DNA of 63,162 bases, filler included, from Lenisia limosa (taxonomy: Eukaryota > Protista > Breviatea): NCBI GenBank assembly GCA_001655205.1. It is 14 parts of 14 records of this genome, joined end to end, with 100 filler letters (N's around TTAATTAATTAA, not from the genome) between each part and the next. Parts side by side here need not be neighbours in the genome. Positions count along the whole stretch, not along the records: positions 44,718 to 47,134 come from LPNZ01010399.1; positions 47,235 to 57,139 come from LPNZ01005139.1; 12 more parts are not named here. One strand, 5' to 3'. Made by a program: the position numbers and the translations under genes. Numbering within the stretch: the stretch's first letter is position 1; every line of letters starts with the position of its first letter. Of this stretch, positions 44,978 to 57,239 are shown in pieces. The notes beneath the pieces are model-generated. The model saw nothing but the letters and a program-made list of their open reading frames with translations, was not told where the DNA came from and searched no databases.

Positions 44978-45768
44978 GGGTGGAGTGAAAATGAAACATA
45001 TCATNNNNNNNNNNNNNNNNNNNNNNNNNNNNNNNNNNNNNNNNNNNNNNNNNNNNNNNNNNNNNNNNNNNNNNNNNNNNNNNNNNNNNNNNNNNNNNNN
45101 NNNNNNNNNNNNNNNNNNNNNNNNNNNNNNNNNNNNNNNNNNNGACTAAGCATTTGGGAAAAGCACGAGGTTTGGAAGGAGTTAAAATTGAAAAATTCAT
45201 GAAGCAAAAAAAAAGCCCTGTTGGCTGATAACACATGATTGGTAATGTTAAGCGGAATAAATAAGCTATCTTGACTAGTCATTTCTCATTACAGGTGATG
45301 AACAGACTTATTCAATTATCATCCGGGTGCAAATGAGGTATCATATTACTGCGGAAAATGGTAGTCATGTGTGAAAAGGATCCAAAAAGTGACATAATGA
45401 TTTCCCTTACCATTTTGCATTAGAAACTGTCAGGAGCTATTGGGGAAGGTACACAACGAAAAAAGATCTCCGTCTTTTTTCTGGTCTTTATGATAATTTT
45501 TTTTATATTTTATTAAATTATTGTTGAATTTGAAAGGAGAAGCAGCGGGAGAGGCAGGGCAGGTGGAAGAAAAAGCAAGGGGAGAACTAGGTTCCCTGTA
45601 ATCCCCAGGATTTTAATATTGATATTTTGGGTTGAAAAATTATCAGTGTTTTCAGTTATTCAATTATTCAGTTATTGTAATATTATTATTATTAGGCAAC
45701 TTTCCAAGTCAATTCACACCGCAAATGTTCTGAATACTTGTTAGTCTTTTAACGTTGATCATCCAGCA

Positions 45769-47134
45769 ATGCCTCCCTCAACAAGCAAAGGTGCGTATCG
45801 AGGTCAAAATTACATTAATCACATGAAACAGGGAGGCGAATAATCGGCCATGGTCTTCCCCGTAGTCCCCACACCCCTCGAACGCCTAAACGAAGAAGCC
45901 TCCGACCGCCCCCTCACGCCCCTCGCCGCTACCGACCTGGTACAATTGCTCTCCGACAAGTGGGGGGGGGGGGNNNNNNNNNNNNNNNNNNNNNNNNNNN
46001 NNNNNNNNNNNNNNNNNNNNNNNNNNNNNNNNNNNNNNNATGGGTCCGCAATGTGTGTTTTTTTTTGCAAGTGGAGAAAACGTTTATTTGTCTAAGAAAA
46101 GAGGGGAAGGTGGTTGTCTTCTTCAAACACTGCAAGAGGACTTTAACATAGGGAATTATTGAGTCAATATCCGTTGTTAATGTTATGAAACCGCCTGCTG
46201 GGTAAGTCCTGTCTTTCCCCCTCTAATGCTGTGTTGGTGACAGTTTTGAGATCAAATAGACTTGGTTTATGCAATGATATCTTCTTTCATGCTTTCATGA
46301 TTTGTTGAGAGCAATGGAATATATACTATATGACATGTATAAATTAATTCCGGGATTACAATCATCACAAAGACTATTCATCACTAATCCCCTGCTTACC
46401 CCCCTCAGATCAGACATTTCCAGCGAACAACAGATTTGCTGATAAGAAAAGCCCCTTTTGCTCGAGTGGTTGGAGGGCTTTTTGGGGTTCTCGTTTGCCT
46501 CCCCCTCTCCCCCTTTTTTTATCCTTTTATACATATAATATGGAGATTACATATTATTGATAATGCCCATTTTTATTTCTCATCTCTACAAAGTGTGAAC
46601 GACTTTTTTTTTTTTTTAGCTTATTATCAATTTCTCTCAGAGGATGTGGACATGCTGGCCTTTGTTTAATTAAAGTGCTTTTTGAAATGCATTATTATAT
46701 GTATTAATTAAGCATATGATGCTATAAACCCCTATTCTATATATACTTAGCTCTTATGTGCTTATTAGCCCTTATTATGTCGTTATTTTACCACCCATAA
46801 ACAAACTTGTTTTATTTCTAATCTCTATTCTGTATTGTGATTATGCTGTATTCAAATATCTCTTATACGCCTGATGATGTGGACGTCTTCGGCCAGATAC
46901 AACCTTATTTTACATATATCTCATCTCTTTTTATAAGTCTTGACCAATTTTTCTGAGGCAAGATATTACCCTTTATTATTTCATCGTACCACTTATCATG
47001 CTGTAACAACAAAGGTACGAGAAATTGTGAGTGAGCTTGGTGGAGGCATTGAGCTCCGGTTTCAGCACCAGGCATTAGTGGCTCTCCAGGAAGCTACTGA
47101 GGCCATGCTTGTCCGATACTTTGAAGATGCGTAT
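45769..47134 (+). CDS. Centromeric histone H3 (CenH3/CENP-A)-like variant, 3'-truncated by contig end
   Basis: Exons 45769-45790, 45832-45959, 46409-46468 and 47015-47134 give [110 protein letters not shown]. Divergent tail, loop 1 two residues longer than H3, Q68 to A, T107 to A. Confidence 0.85.
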
Positions 47135-47234
47135 NNNNNNNNNNNNNNNNNNNNNNNNNNNNNNNNNNNNNNNNNNNNTTAATTAATTAANNNNNNNNNN
47201 NNNNNNNNNNNNNNNNNNNNNNNNNNNNNNNNNN
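47135..47234. other. Artificial contig spacer 10
   Basis: 44 N + TTAATTAATTAA + 44 N. Confidence 0.97.
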
Positions 47235-47679
47235 CTGCAAGTCCAGACGGAGTGTTTTTTTTTTGTTTGGTTTTGTTTTTTTTTTGTTTGTTTTTGTATC
47301 CATGCTCATATAGGGGAGAGGATTCCAGTCATCTCTATCAATCATGGCCATGGAGCGCATTCTTGGTTGAAATGGATTGGAGTAATAAGATGAGGCGGAG
47401 GAGGTTGAAATGGATTGGGAATAAGATGAGGCTGAGGAGGTTGAAAATAAAGTTTAATGAAGGGGAAGGAATTTTTTGGCGGGGGATTGATAGAGCGATA
47501 GAGCAGTCGAGTAATCGTCAAGAAGGCATATTCATTCAGGACATATTTAAACATTTAAACAGCACTACCTGTCACCAGTCCTGCAGCAAGGGGCGTTGGA
47601 TATGGTTTAGAGAGGACCTGTCTGCCTTCACCATCGATAAGAGGCTCCCACTCACCCTCCGATACACTTAATAATAACA

Positions 47680-49292
47680 ATGGCGTGTGTAGAGATTCAA
47701 CTCACGCGCGAGGCGATGTTCCTCGGTGCTGAACACGCATATTCCTCTAAACTGGAGGAGATCGCTGGCATTCTTCTCGGACGCTTTGTTNNNNNNNNNN
47801 NNNNNNNNNNNNNNNNNNNNNNNNNNNNNNNNNNNNNNNNNNNNNNNNNNNNNNNNNNNNNNNNNNNNNNNNNNNNNNNNNTACAGTGTCATAGAGCAAC
47901 ATCAATGTCTGAAGATCCAGTATGTGTGTGTTTATTATCTTCTGCTCTTGATTCTCGCACATGTGTCTCGGTTGGTTCACCATTTCCCCAGCTCATGTAA
48001 TTGAAGACTGGTCTTTGTTTGATTTATTTTGAAACCTAGTTTCGTATTTTTATTCGTGGCTACAAGAGCTGATTGTAATGTGAACTCTTCCGTTTACCCT
48101 CCCCCCTCCCCCAAGGACAAGGAGAAGAAGACCACGTATGTAAGCGATGTCTTCCCCATTGCCCGGGCCGACCGCAAGAGTGACAGGGTTGAGGTGACCT
48201 CAGAGGAGCTGAGTGAAGCTGCACAGCTGGCCCAGGTGGGGGCACTTGGTTCAGGAGAGAGACCTATAGTTATACGATTGAGAGGGTAACTTCTCGCTTT
48301 ATTTGAGGAATCTGTCTTTGGTTATTATTAGTGTATGGGTTATTTTCCAGCTCTACTGAACACCAATCATAGAATTCTTGGATAAGAGCTTAGCTGTATT
48401 CCTCTTTCTCATTCCTTACAGAAGAACCTGCCAAAAGACACCACTGTGGTGGGGTGGTACCACTCCCATCCTAATCTGCCTGTGACACCAAGTTCCATTG
48501 GTGAGAGCGGGCGTGTGGGTCGCTTCACTGTTCTTCTATTCTGTTGACAATATGGGCATACTTTCCCTGTTCTTTTCAATAATTCTTCTCAATACAATTG
48601 ACATATTGATGTGGGATGTTTTCGTGTGTAACTGAATAGATGATCATAAGAAGTCCAAATATCTCACACCTCCAGATCTTGACACGCAGTTTCAGTATCA
48701 AATGCTGGACAGTCTCTGGGTGGGGCTCATCTTTTCTGTCCACAACACCATCAACAGAGTAAGTTGGGTCTGATTCAAAATCAATTATGTCCAAGAAATA
48801 GAAATAACACAACATATTAACAGAATGCTCAAATGCTTGAGGCAACCTGTGATTCACCCTAAAAAACCATGATCTTCTAACCATTTCTCTTGACTGTATT
48901 GCATTTACTCGCTTTAGAATGCGTCATTTTCTCTGACTGGTTTCCAAGCGTCCAACTTCGGAGGAATGTAAGGGGGTACAAGCTGCCTGGGCAAAGAATA
49001 TCATTAAAACCTTGTAATCACGTGTGGGTATTATTATTGTATTCCATCGGACACCTGGCATTTATTTTCCATTTCCTCAAGCATACACTGAGTGGGGCTC
49101 GCTTAAGATTAAGAAATTCAACTGATTTGGAGCCCTATAACCCCCCCCCNNNNNNNNNNNNNNNNNNNNNNNNNNNNNNNNNNNNNNNNNNNNACTCGGG
49201 AACCATGGCATCGAGAGGGCACACAACGTGCTTGACGTGACGCTCTTTGAGGCGCGTAGTGCTCATGAGAAGGCCATTGCTAAATGGTAGGC
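47680..49292 (+). CDS. BRCC36/BRCC3-like JAMM (MPN+) deubiquitinase
   Basis: MACVEIQLTREAMFLGAEHAYSSKLEEIAGILLG; RADRKSDRVEVTSEELSEAA; VVGWYHSHPNLPVTPSSID (HxHx7Sx2D JAMM motif); LDTQFQYQMLDSLWVGLIFSV. Confidence 0.85.
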
Positions 49293-50521
49293 TCTCCGGC
49301 TGGCATTTATACTGTGCTGATTGAGAGTTGTTTTTTTTTTGTCATCCTCTTGCGATTAATTTTATTTTTTGTTTGTTTTTGTTATTGGTACAAACTTTTT
49401 TATTACTTGTGCCCAACCTGAGGCATGATTACTTGTACCCAACCTGAGGCATGATTACTCGCGCCCTTGAAACCATGAAAACAAAAACAAGGTCTACTAC
49501 CGCAATTGGTGGGTTAAGGAGAGATAGGAGAAAGGGGGGGGGGGTGAGAGCTGAGTAGAGAAGTGAGGGTCACTGGCTAACATGCTAGCCCTTACATACC
49601 ATTTGGCCGTTGTTGACAGAGCAATACGATACATCGGGAACCATTGTTGGGCTGCGATTACCCCAGACAACAAGGGAGCAATAAAAGAAGGAGATGTGTG
49701 TTAAATATGATGGTGATACGAAAGACCTATTTGATTTAAGGTATTTGACGCTTATAAATGAGATAATCGTTGCAACTGGGGTGAACCTTCGGAAACGGGA
49801 TCTGATCACCCTTTTTGTCAGAAGATCCAGAAGACTTTTGTTTGGTGATATATATAAGCCTGAGCAAGCGGTGCAATTCTTCTAGTACTTGTTCAAAGTG
49901 AATTGACTAATGCGAGACTAGCCAACTAGTAAGCCGATGCGATGGAGGTGGGCCGAATTCCTTTGTGGCATCATGGAGAATACCACCACGACGAATGAGA
50001 GGGGACATGGCCCGTGACTCAGGAGAACACGTGTGAGTCGTGATATGCTTAAATCCAATAAAAGAGATCAGTTTTTTCTCTCTCATTTGCACTTTAAAAA
50101 AAGGCTGTGAAGCTTACTTTGAATCCACAGAAGGAGCAGTAGCAAGCCACATGATAAACCAGGGGATTCCTGCAAATACTGGCATGGTTTATTTATTTTT
50201 TTCAACTTAATATTATTCAGAACTTCATTTTTATTCATATTAAAGAAGTCAGTAACTCTTTTCCATAGATTTCAGACATATCAAACATTGTCTTGACAAA
50301 TTCTTTCCGGATAATGCTAGGCACAAACTGCTTAGAGGAAGCATTTTCATACACCCTAACAATCCTGTGGAACAGATACAGTGTGCCGCAGTGTGAGAGA
50401 GTGCAATTTCACCTTGCTTTGCTATTCATCTTGTTTCTTGCTCCTTTGTGTGTCAATATTAGATTATTTTGCTTTCTTTTTGTTTTGTGGAAAGATCAGA
50501 GTTGAACCCGACAATATGTTA

Positions 50522-52220
50522 CTCAGCTTTTTCACCTTCCAGTGCCGGAAATGTGTACCAACTTGCCCATTACAACGCCTTAAAACAGACTAGTGAAGCG
50601 CGAGTCCTGCTATGGGGTATGCTAGATGTTGCTCCTTGAGGGGGTAGTGAGGGTACCGGCTGTCCATCAGGCTCACACATTCGCAGGCGGCCGTCCCCTC
50701 CATGAAATGCTGTATTCCATCCGAGAAAGGCCCAAGATTTCACCGTTTGTCAAGAAACCCGTACCCACATCCTGGGATGACCCTCGATGCTACTTGGATG
50801 TACGCCCCTCCTATAATATCTTTAATTTTTGCCATCGCCTCTCTTTAAATACCCCCTAAATCATCCACATAAACAACTGCTATATACTCATAATCTGTCC
50901 CTTTGGCACTTGTCTGTTTTATTTTTCTTTTTATTGCACATAAATATTCTAACTTCCTTAATGTGACACTGTGGTTATTGAGAGGTTTTCTGTAAAGGCA
51001 GTTTCACTTAAATGCAAGTGAACTGAACTTTGAAATAGTCTCTCTAATTTTTATAGAATCCTGTTAGAATCTGGTAGAATTATGATAGAATAGGGACAGC
51101 TGACCATTTCATACAAAACCTTTTTTTTTTTTTTNNNNNNNNNNNNNNNNNNNNNNNNNNNNNNNNNNNNNNNNNNNNNNNNNNNNNNNNNNNNNNNNCA
51201 ATAAGGAGGAATTGGGACATTGACACCCCAGGTTGTTTGTTCACTATTTTTTGTTCAATATCTTGAATAAAAGCGGTGTTAACCACAGCTAAACTGTGTT
51301 TGTGTCATGTTAATTTTTTTAAAATTAACATTCCCCCTGACCGCGGCAGTTTGAGCCGACAGACTACACCCCAAAGCCACATCAAGAGCCCACCGTTCGG
51401 CCTGCTAACGCCAAATTCGGTCGTAATGGCAAATGGTCTGGAGTGCCGTCATTCCAGCGCTGTCTGCAACATAGTCCTGAAGTGGGAGGGGAGAGGGCTG
51501 AAAAGGGTTTGGGTTATCCAGTTTGACGGTATTTTAGATTGCGAGACTGAGTAAGCTACATTTCAAGAAGAATCCGTTGCGTGAGACTCTCAATGCCCAT
51601 GACCTGGATTTCTCGGTCTCGGATGAGGCAAAGCAGGCAATCAAGGAGTCACAAGAAAAAGTCAGGCTGCTGGAAGAGAAGAGGAGGCAGATGGTTGAAA
51701 TGCAGGCTCAACAGGTTGCTGCTGAGAAGCTGCATCAGGAGCAGCAAAGGGCAGCGATGAAAGCGGCTCATGCCAAAGAGCAACAAGAACTACTCAGCCA
51801 GCTCTCCGTTAATAATCAGGTTTGTTAAGGTGGCAATAGATGTGGTCAATATAATATATCATATCATATGACATATTCACATTATGTGACTCATAATTGC
51901 AGGTACCCCAAAAAGCAGCTCCGGCCGCTGCTCCAAGCTCACGAGCAACATTGCCAAGTATGTTCAGTTCGGCTAGCATCTTTTGGTCATGCCATAAACC
52001 ACATAGAGGAAAGGCGATGCCCAAATGTCTGTCAACCTCTTTCATGTAACATTATACTCTTTGATTGGATAATTTGTAAACCACTACCACTGTCTTTATT
52101 ACCAACCTTTTTTCTAATCATCCCTGTCAGGCTCCCACCAACCCCCCGTAGGTCTACTTCCGCCGTCGCAACCTCTTTCCGCCCAAATCAAGTCTTCAAT
52201 TCCTCCTGCACTCGGTATGG
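50522..52220 (+). CDS. Hypothetical multi-exon protein with Q/E/K-rich coiled coil
   Basis: Splice-bounded exons FEPTDYTPKPHQEPTVRPANAKFGRNGKWSGVPSFQRCLQHSPE and LRETLNAHDLDFSVSDEAKQAIKESQEKVRLLEEKRRQ…QQELLSQLSVNNQ|VPQKAAPAAAP. Confidence 0.5.
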
Positions 52221-54086
52221 TCGTCTATGTCAAATTAAGGGGTCCAATTGTTGCTAATATGTTATTGCACGAGTTTTTCCACAATTCCACCACTGCTTTT
52301 TGATATGATATCAAGTTAGATATATATTGGCTTAACCACTCTAGCATCCAACATTAGCTCCGCCATTCCCATTTTAAGTTCGGTGAGTGATTATGAAGAC
52401 GTCTGAAATATTAACCTCAAGGACTATTCCATCGTACCTTGGAAATAAAATAACGCTTTTCTTGAAAGAACTACTTTCAAAAGTCCCTCTTTGACATATT
52501 TTTTTTACCTCATCACTAAATAGCACACGACCCTTGGCTATTAATGTATCTTGTAAGGGATTTCCTGCTCTCAATAATAATCAACTTGCATAGTCTGAGA
52601 GTTCAGTTATCTCTTTCAGAGTGGTAACCTCTTTAGACGTTTATTAAGCAGTCTGTAGTGATTTCATCCTCCCAGCTAAAAATTATTTGAGGAGTGTCAC
52701 TTTATTTATATTGTTGTTGTTGTGTCCCTTTTATCTCTCTCTGTTATGTTTGAGGTATTATTGTACCCCGCGCGTATTCTTTTTTACATCATTTAAACGT
52801 AAAGAAGAGACCAGTTGACCAACCAGGTTCCTTCTCCCCACACCGAACCAAACTCGCAAAACTCAGAACTGTCTGAAGCCGTCTTCACTCCAGACCAGAA
52901 AACACAGGTATGGAGAGTGTTTCATTTTAATAAGTAAAACGCGAATATTTGGCTTTTGGTGAAGTGAGGTGATCGGCATTGTTTTGGCCTTCAACTCACC
53001 CCTCCAGTCCTCTGCATCTGACCCTGCCCCTGAAGGTGAATCAATCATTTCTTTACTCTCAGTATGCTGGTGTTGTCTTCGAAACTATTTTTATCATCTC
53101 TTCACGGGGGGTATCAAGAGGATCCTTTGGGAGGGGACATTCTCGAGCTGACCAACCTATCGACATCAATAATCAGTCACCAAAGCTCCAATCCCTTACT
53201 GAAATCAATAACTGTCCTTTATAACACGTGGTGAAGATGAGTTAAGAAGATATCTGTATTATACCGAAACATGATACCAGAACTAACCCCTTAGACTGAT
53301 GAATCGCAGGTGCCCTTGCAGCCCCTTGCTCAGCCCAGTCAAGCAACAGGCCAAACGGGTTCGGAAGTGGTACGTTGGTAGAATTGCGAATAGCATCAGG
53401 ATAAGAAGAGTGGGGGGGGGGGTGACTTGATGAATATAATGGGGAGAAACAAAGTATAAAGATTAAGAAAACAGGGATTTGAGAGTGTACTGCAGATTGA
53501 AGAATAGGGAGTGTAAAGCCTGTTTGGGATGTAGAAATTCAGAAATTATCATTTGCAAAGTTACTATACTTTGGTTTCATTTAATTCCTAGGTTGCTGAT
53601 ACCCAAAAAGACAATGTCCTGTCTTCGCCCAATCTTCCCGTGATTCTTTCAGGTATGGTTGTACACCAGTACTTATATCAAAATCAAATTCGTAGTTTTG
53701 TCATCCGCCTTACTCCCCTCAATTTCTAACACCTTCTTCATACCTACCAAGTAGCTCAAAGATAGCGCCTTTGTTTTGTGAATTTATTAATTACAATATT
53801 GTGATACCACCTCTGTTCCCATAATTTCAAATACAGTGCACGAATTAACCACCAGTCCCTCCCATTGCCTCCATTGACCCCCTACCTGACACAGTGGCCT
53901 CCTTACCCAACACGTCTCCTAAACTCGAAGCTTGCAAGGGTATGCCCGTGCCACTCCTTTGAATGCTCATTTATTTTTATTGTTATTATCTTATGGGGAG
54001 CATCATTTTACCAGAAAATAACTGAATTCGCTTGGAAACTACTCCTCACTCCCAGGCAAACTACTGAAAAATACGGGGGAGGGGCA

Positions 54087-54169
54087 GGAAAATCACGCAA
54101 AATCCTGGAAAATCACGGCTCACGTCTGGAAAATCACGGCAAAAACTTGGAAAATCAGGGCAAAACGAA
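54087..54169. repeat. ~21-bp minisatellite x4
   Basis: GGAAAATCAC(G) cores at 54087, 54107, 54128 and 54149. Confidence 0.85.
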
Positions 54170-54184
54170 GAATTAAATTACTTT

Positions 54185-55100
54185 TCAAATCAGAAATATC
54201 TTGGAGACCTCGTCATTTTTGTCAGAATCCAGACCATCTCGGGCGGCACCCCAAAACTCACTGGAGTCCTTAACGGCTCTGTTGAAAGCTCGCTTGAAAG
54301 TGTCGTCCCGGAAAGGGTCAAAGGCAATCTGAGGGCAAGGGTTTCCGTAGTCTTGAGGAGACTTGTAAATGAACTGGATAGACTCAGACAAAATAAATAT
54401 GGTTTTGCTTGACAAAAATGTTAAAACCAACTTTATTTTGAAGGAGTCTGGGTGATAGTGAGAGCACCAGCGCGTGTTTGTCTGATGTTCGCAGTGAACA
54501 AAGACATTTGGTCAAGAATGACCCGATGGTCTTGAACAACAGTGATATCGATAGCGGAAAACTCGTAAACCTCTTGAATACAGAGAGGCGTGAGTTGAGT
54601 TGATTGTTCCTGAAAAAAGTAAGAAACAAATAAAGATGAGATCAACAAACCTTAAGAAACTCGGATTTGAGGTCATTCAACGAGTATGGCATGATAATAA
54701 CAAACAAGAAGAACTTCTTATTGGAAATATTTGAGAAAAGGGAGACATGTCAAATACACTTTTTTCCTCACACCGGAAAGATTTGGCTTTGAGGCAGATG
54801 GCATCAAACACGTTGCACGACACGGGGTAACCGAAATTGCTCCAGAGCACCAAGTTTTGCGTTCGGATGGCGTCACGACCGGTTCTGTTTCGCGTTTAGT
54901 CTGACGGACAAATGGCTACGAAAGTTTGGTACAGGAAATGAGGGAACAACTGCTGAATCACCACGAGAAGCTTGGGCGACGGCCGGATGGTTGCACAGGG
55001 GTTTCCGTAGTCTTTAGGATACTTAAAGACGAACTGGATAGATCCAACAAGCTAAAAGGGAAGTTAATTTTTAACAGAAATGAGACAAACTTAGCGAGTT
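54185..55100 (-). CDS. Hypothetical protein with an internally duplicated SIQFxxKxPxDYGNPC motif
   Basis: Two homologous segments (54335-54385 and 54993-55045). In the minus frame the Pro and Cys codons differ only synonymously. Confidence 0.4.
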
Positions 55101-55541
55101 TTTTCATGAACAACTGATCTTTTCCTCGGATTGTCACCAAACACAACCAAGATAAATCTCTTTCAGAATGAATGCGCTCCGGTGTTATTACTTACACCTA
55201 CTTTTTATTCTTCATTGTTTTTTTTTTTTTCTACATCCATTCTGAATCTGTGTTTTGCCATTTGGCATCTTTTCATCCCAGTATATGCACCTCTCATTCC
55301 CAATAGCTGTGCCATTTGTCTCTGCAAGTAAAGAAGTTGGGCTCAGCGCTACACCTGAGTTTTCTATCAAATTATCAGGTCTGTGTTGCTGTATTTGCTC
55401 CCAGTATGGGACTATTCGAATATTCTTTTTTTTTATCATTCATTGAGAATCCCCATTGCATTGGTGTACTGGCAGAATCTGTCCTGAATTATGCTATGTT
55501 CCACTGGCATTTGATCACGATTTAGGTCAGGACTTGGCTGA

Positions 55542-56150
55542 AATGGAGAACGCTAGTGCTGTTCCTGACACGGCAGCCAAATCAAGGAAGAAGTGTGGGC
55601 ATGGTGAAATTTCATGATGGATTCACCAACCATGATAAATTGATAACTCTGCCTGAGGAAATCCTTTTAATTATTCTAGATTGGTGAAATCTGTTTTCTT
55701 TTTTCCTGTCGCAAATATATTCTCCCATCAATAAAAATGGCATTTTTTCAATTCACTGCTGTAGCTGCAGCGAAGGAGAAAAGCCTACCCAAGCGGTCCC
55801 CTAAGAAGGCACCAAAGCAGACCATCAAAAATCAAGTCAAAAAGCCCTGCTTTGACGGTGGGTTTGACCTTGGGTTGGCCCAAGAATCTTTACACCTCAA
55901 GCAGTATTAGCTGTGAACATCATGTAACTGACGATGTGTAGAAACGGATTCTGACGACTTCGAAAGGGCCCGAAAGGTGAATGCGAAAAGGGGAAAGAAG
56001 GTGGAGATCAGTTACTCTGAAGATGATGAAACTGGAGCGGAAACTGAGGAGGAAGAGGAAATAGATAAGGAGGAGGAAGAAGAGGAGGAAGAGGATCAGG
56101 AGGAAGAAATAGTTGTAAAGAAGAGGAGAACATTGAAGAGAGTGGCGGAT
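55542..56150 (+). CDS. Hypothetical low-complexity acidic/basic protein (5' part)
   Basis: MENASAVPDTAAKSRKKCGH; KEKSLPKRSPKKAPKQ; ETDSDDFERARKVNAKRGKKVEISYSEDDETGAETEEEEE…KKRR. Confidence 0.45.
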
Positions 56151-56351
56151 NNNNNNNNNNNNNNNNNNNNNNNNNNNNNNNNNNNNNNNNNNNNNNNNNN
56201 NNNNNNNNNNNNNNNNNNNNNNNNNNNNNNNNNNTCCTACGGAAATTCACGTGGTCAGTTTTCCACCATTATCTCCCTTTTGTCAGATAAAAATTTGTGA
56301 AGGTGAAACCTAATCATTAATATATTTGACGCCATAGCGGTAGATATTAAT

Positions 56352-57076
56352 TTAGAGCATGATAAGCCCAATGTCTTCGGGTTTCACTGCCGGACACGTC
56401 CAGTTGAACAGGTAGTACTGCAGGTTGCCGTCACCGGCTCCGAACTTCAGAGGCTGGGTGGTGAGGTCAATTCTATCTTAAACCTGAGCTCACATACTAA
56501 CAACACGACTCAAACACCCTCCCCACAGCCCAAAACATGAATCTGCCAACCTCGATGAACCACCCAACCACGCCAACCTCAATGAACTGGTCGTTCCTGC
56601 CGATGTTGAGGCAGTTGAACACGTCCATGCCGACGTCACGTGCTAACACCAAAACGTCAGCCATCAGCTCCAATAGTGACCTGGGGGGGGGGGGGGNNNN
56701 NNNNNNNNNNNNNNNNNNNNNNNNNNNNNNNNNNNNNNNNNNNNNNNNNNNNNNNNNNNNNNNNNNNNNNNNNNNNNNNNNNNNNNNNNNNNNNNNNNNN
56801 NNNNNNNNNNNNNNNNNNNNNNNNNNNNNNNNNNNNNNNNNNNNNNNNNNNNNNNNNNNNNNNNNNNNNNNNNNNNGTTTGCTTATTAAAGCCCAAGCCA
56901 GTGGCTTCTGCATCAACGTAGAGGTGAAGCAATGACACTGACATAGTCTTTAAAGCCTACATTGAAGTGGGCACAGTGTAATAGGCATAGGCCGCGTGAA
57001 GTGTTGTGTTGTCACTGAGAATAGTGGAAGGTACTGTGTAGAACGAGGCAAAGTCCGTGATCTTTTGATTCTCATC
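56352..57076 (-). CDS. NMT: Glycylpeptide N-tetradecanoyltransferase (N-myristoyltransferase), C-terminal exons
   Basis: [23 protein letters not shown]; [33 protein letters not shown]; [32 protein letters not shown] (TAA at 56354-56352). Confidence 0.95.
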
Positions 57077-57139
57077 CTGAGGTGTAAGAAAACAAAAAGG
57101 GGCACCAAAAATACCAGGATTTTGGTGATGAGTTAAAAA

Positions 57140-57239
57140 NNNNNNNNNNNNNNNNNNNNNNNNNNNNNNNNNNNNNNNNNNNNTTAATTAATTAANNNNN
57201 NNNNNNNNNNNNNNNNNNNNNNNNNNNNNNNNNNNNNNN
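57140..57239. other. Artificial contig spacer 11
   Basis: 44 N + TTAATTAATTAA + 44 N. Confidence 0.97.

Noticed and set aside
42403-47134. SMC2 next to CenH3, suggesting a chromosome-segregation gene cluster
   Set aside because: The two genes are on different contigs separated by spacer 44618-44717, so the adjacency is not genomic.
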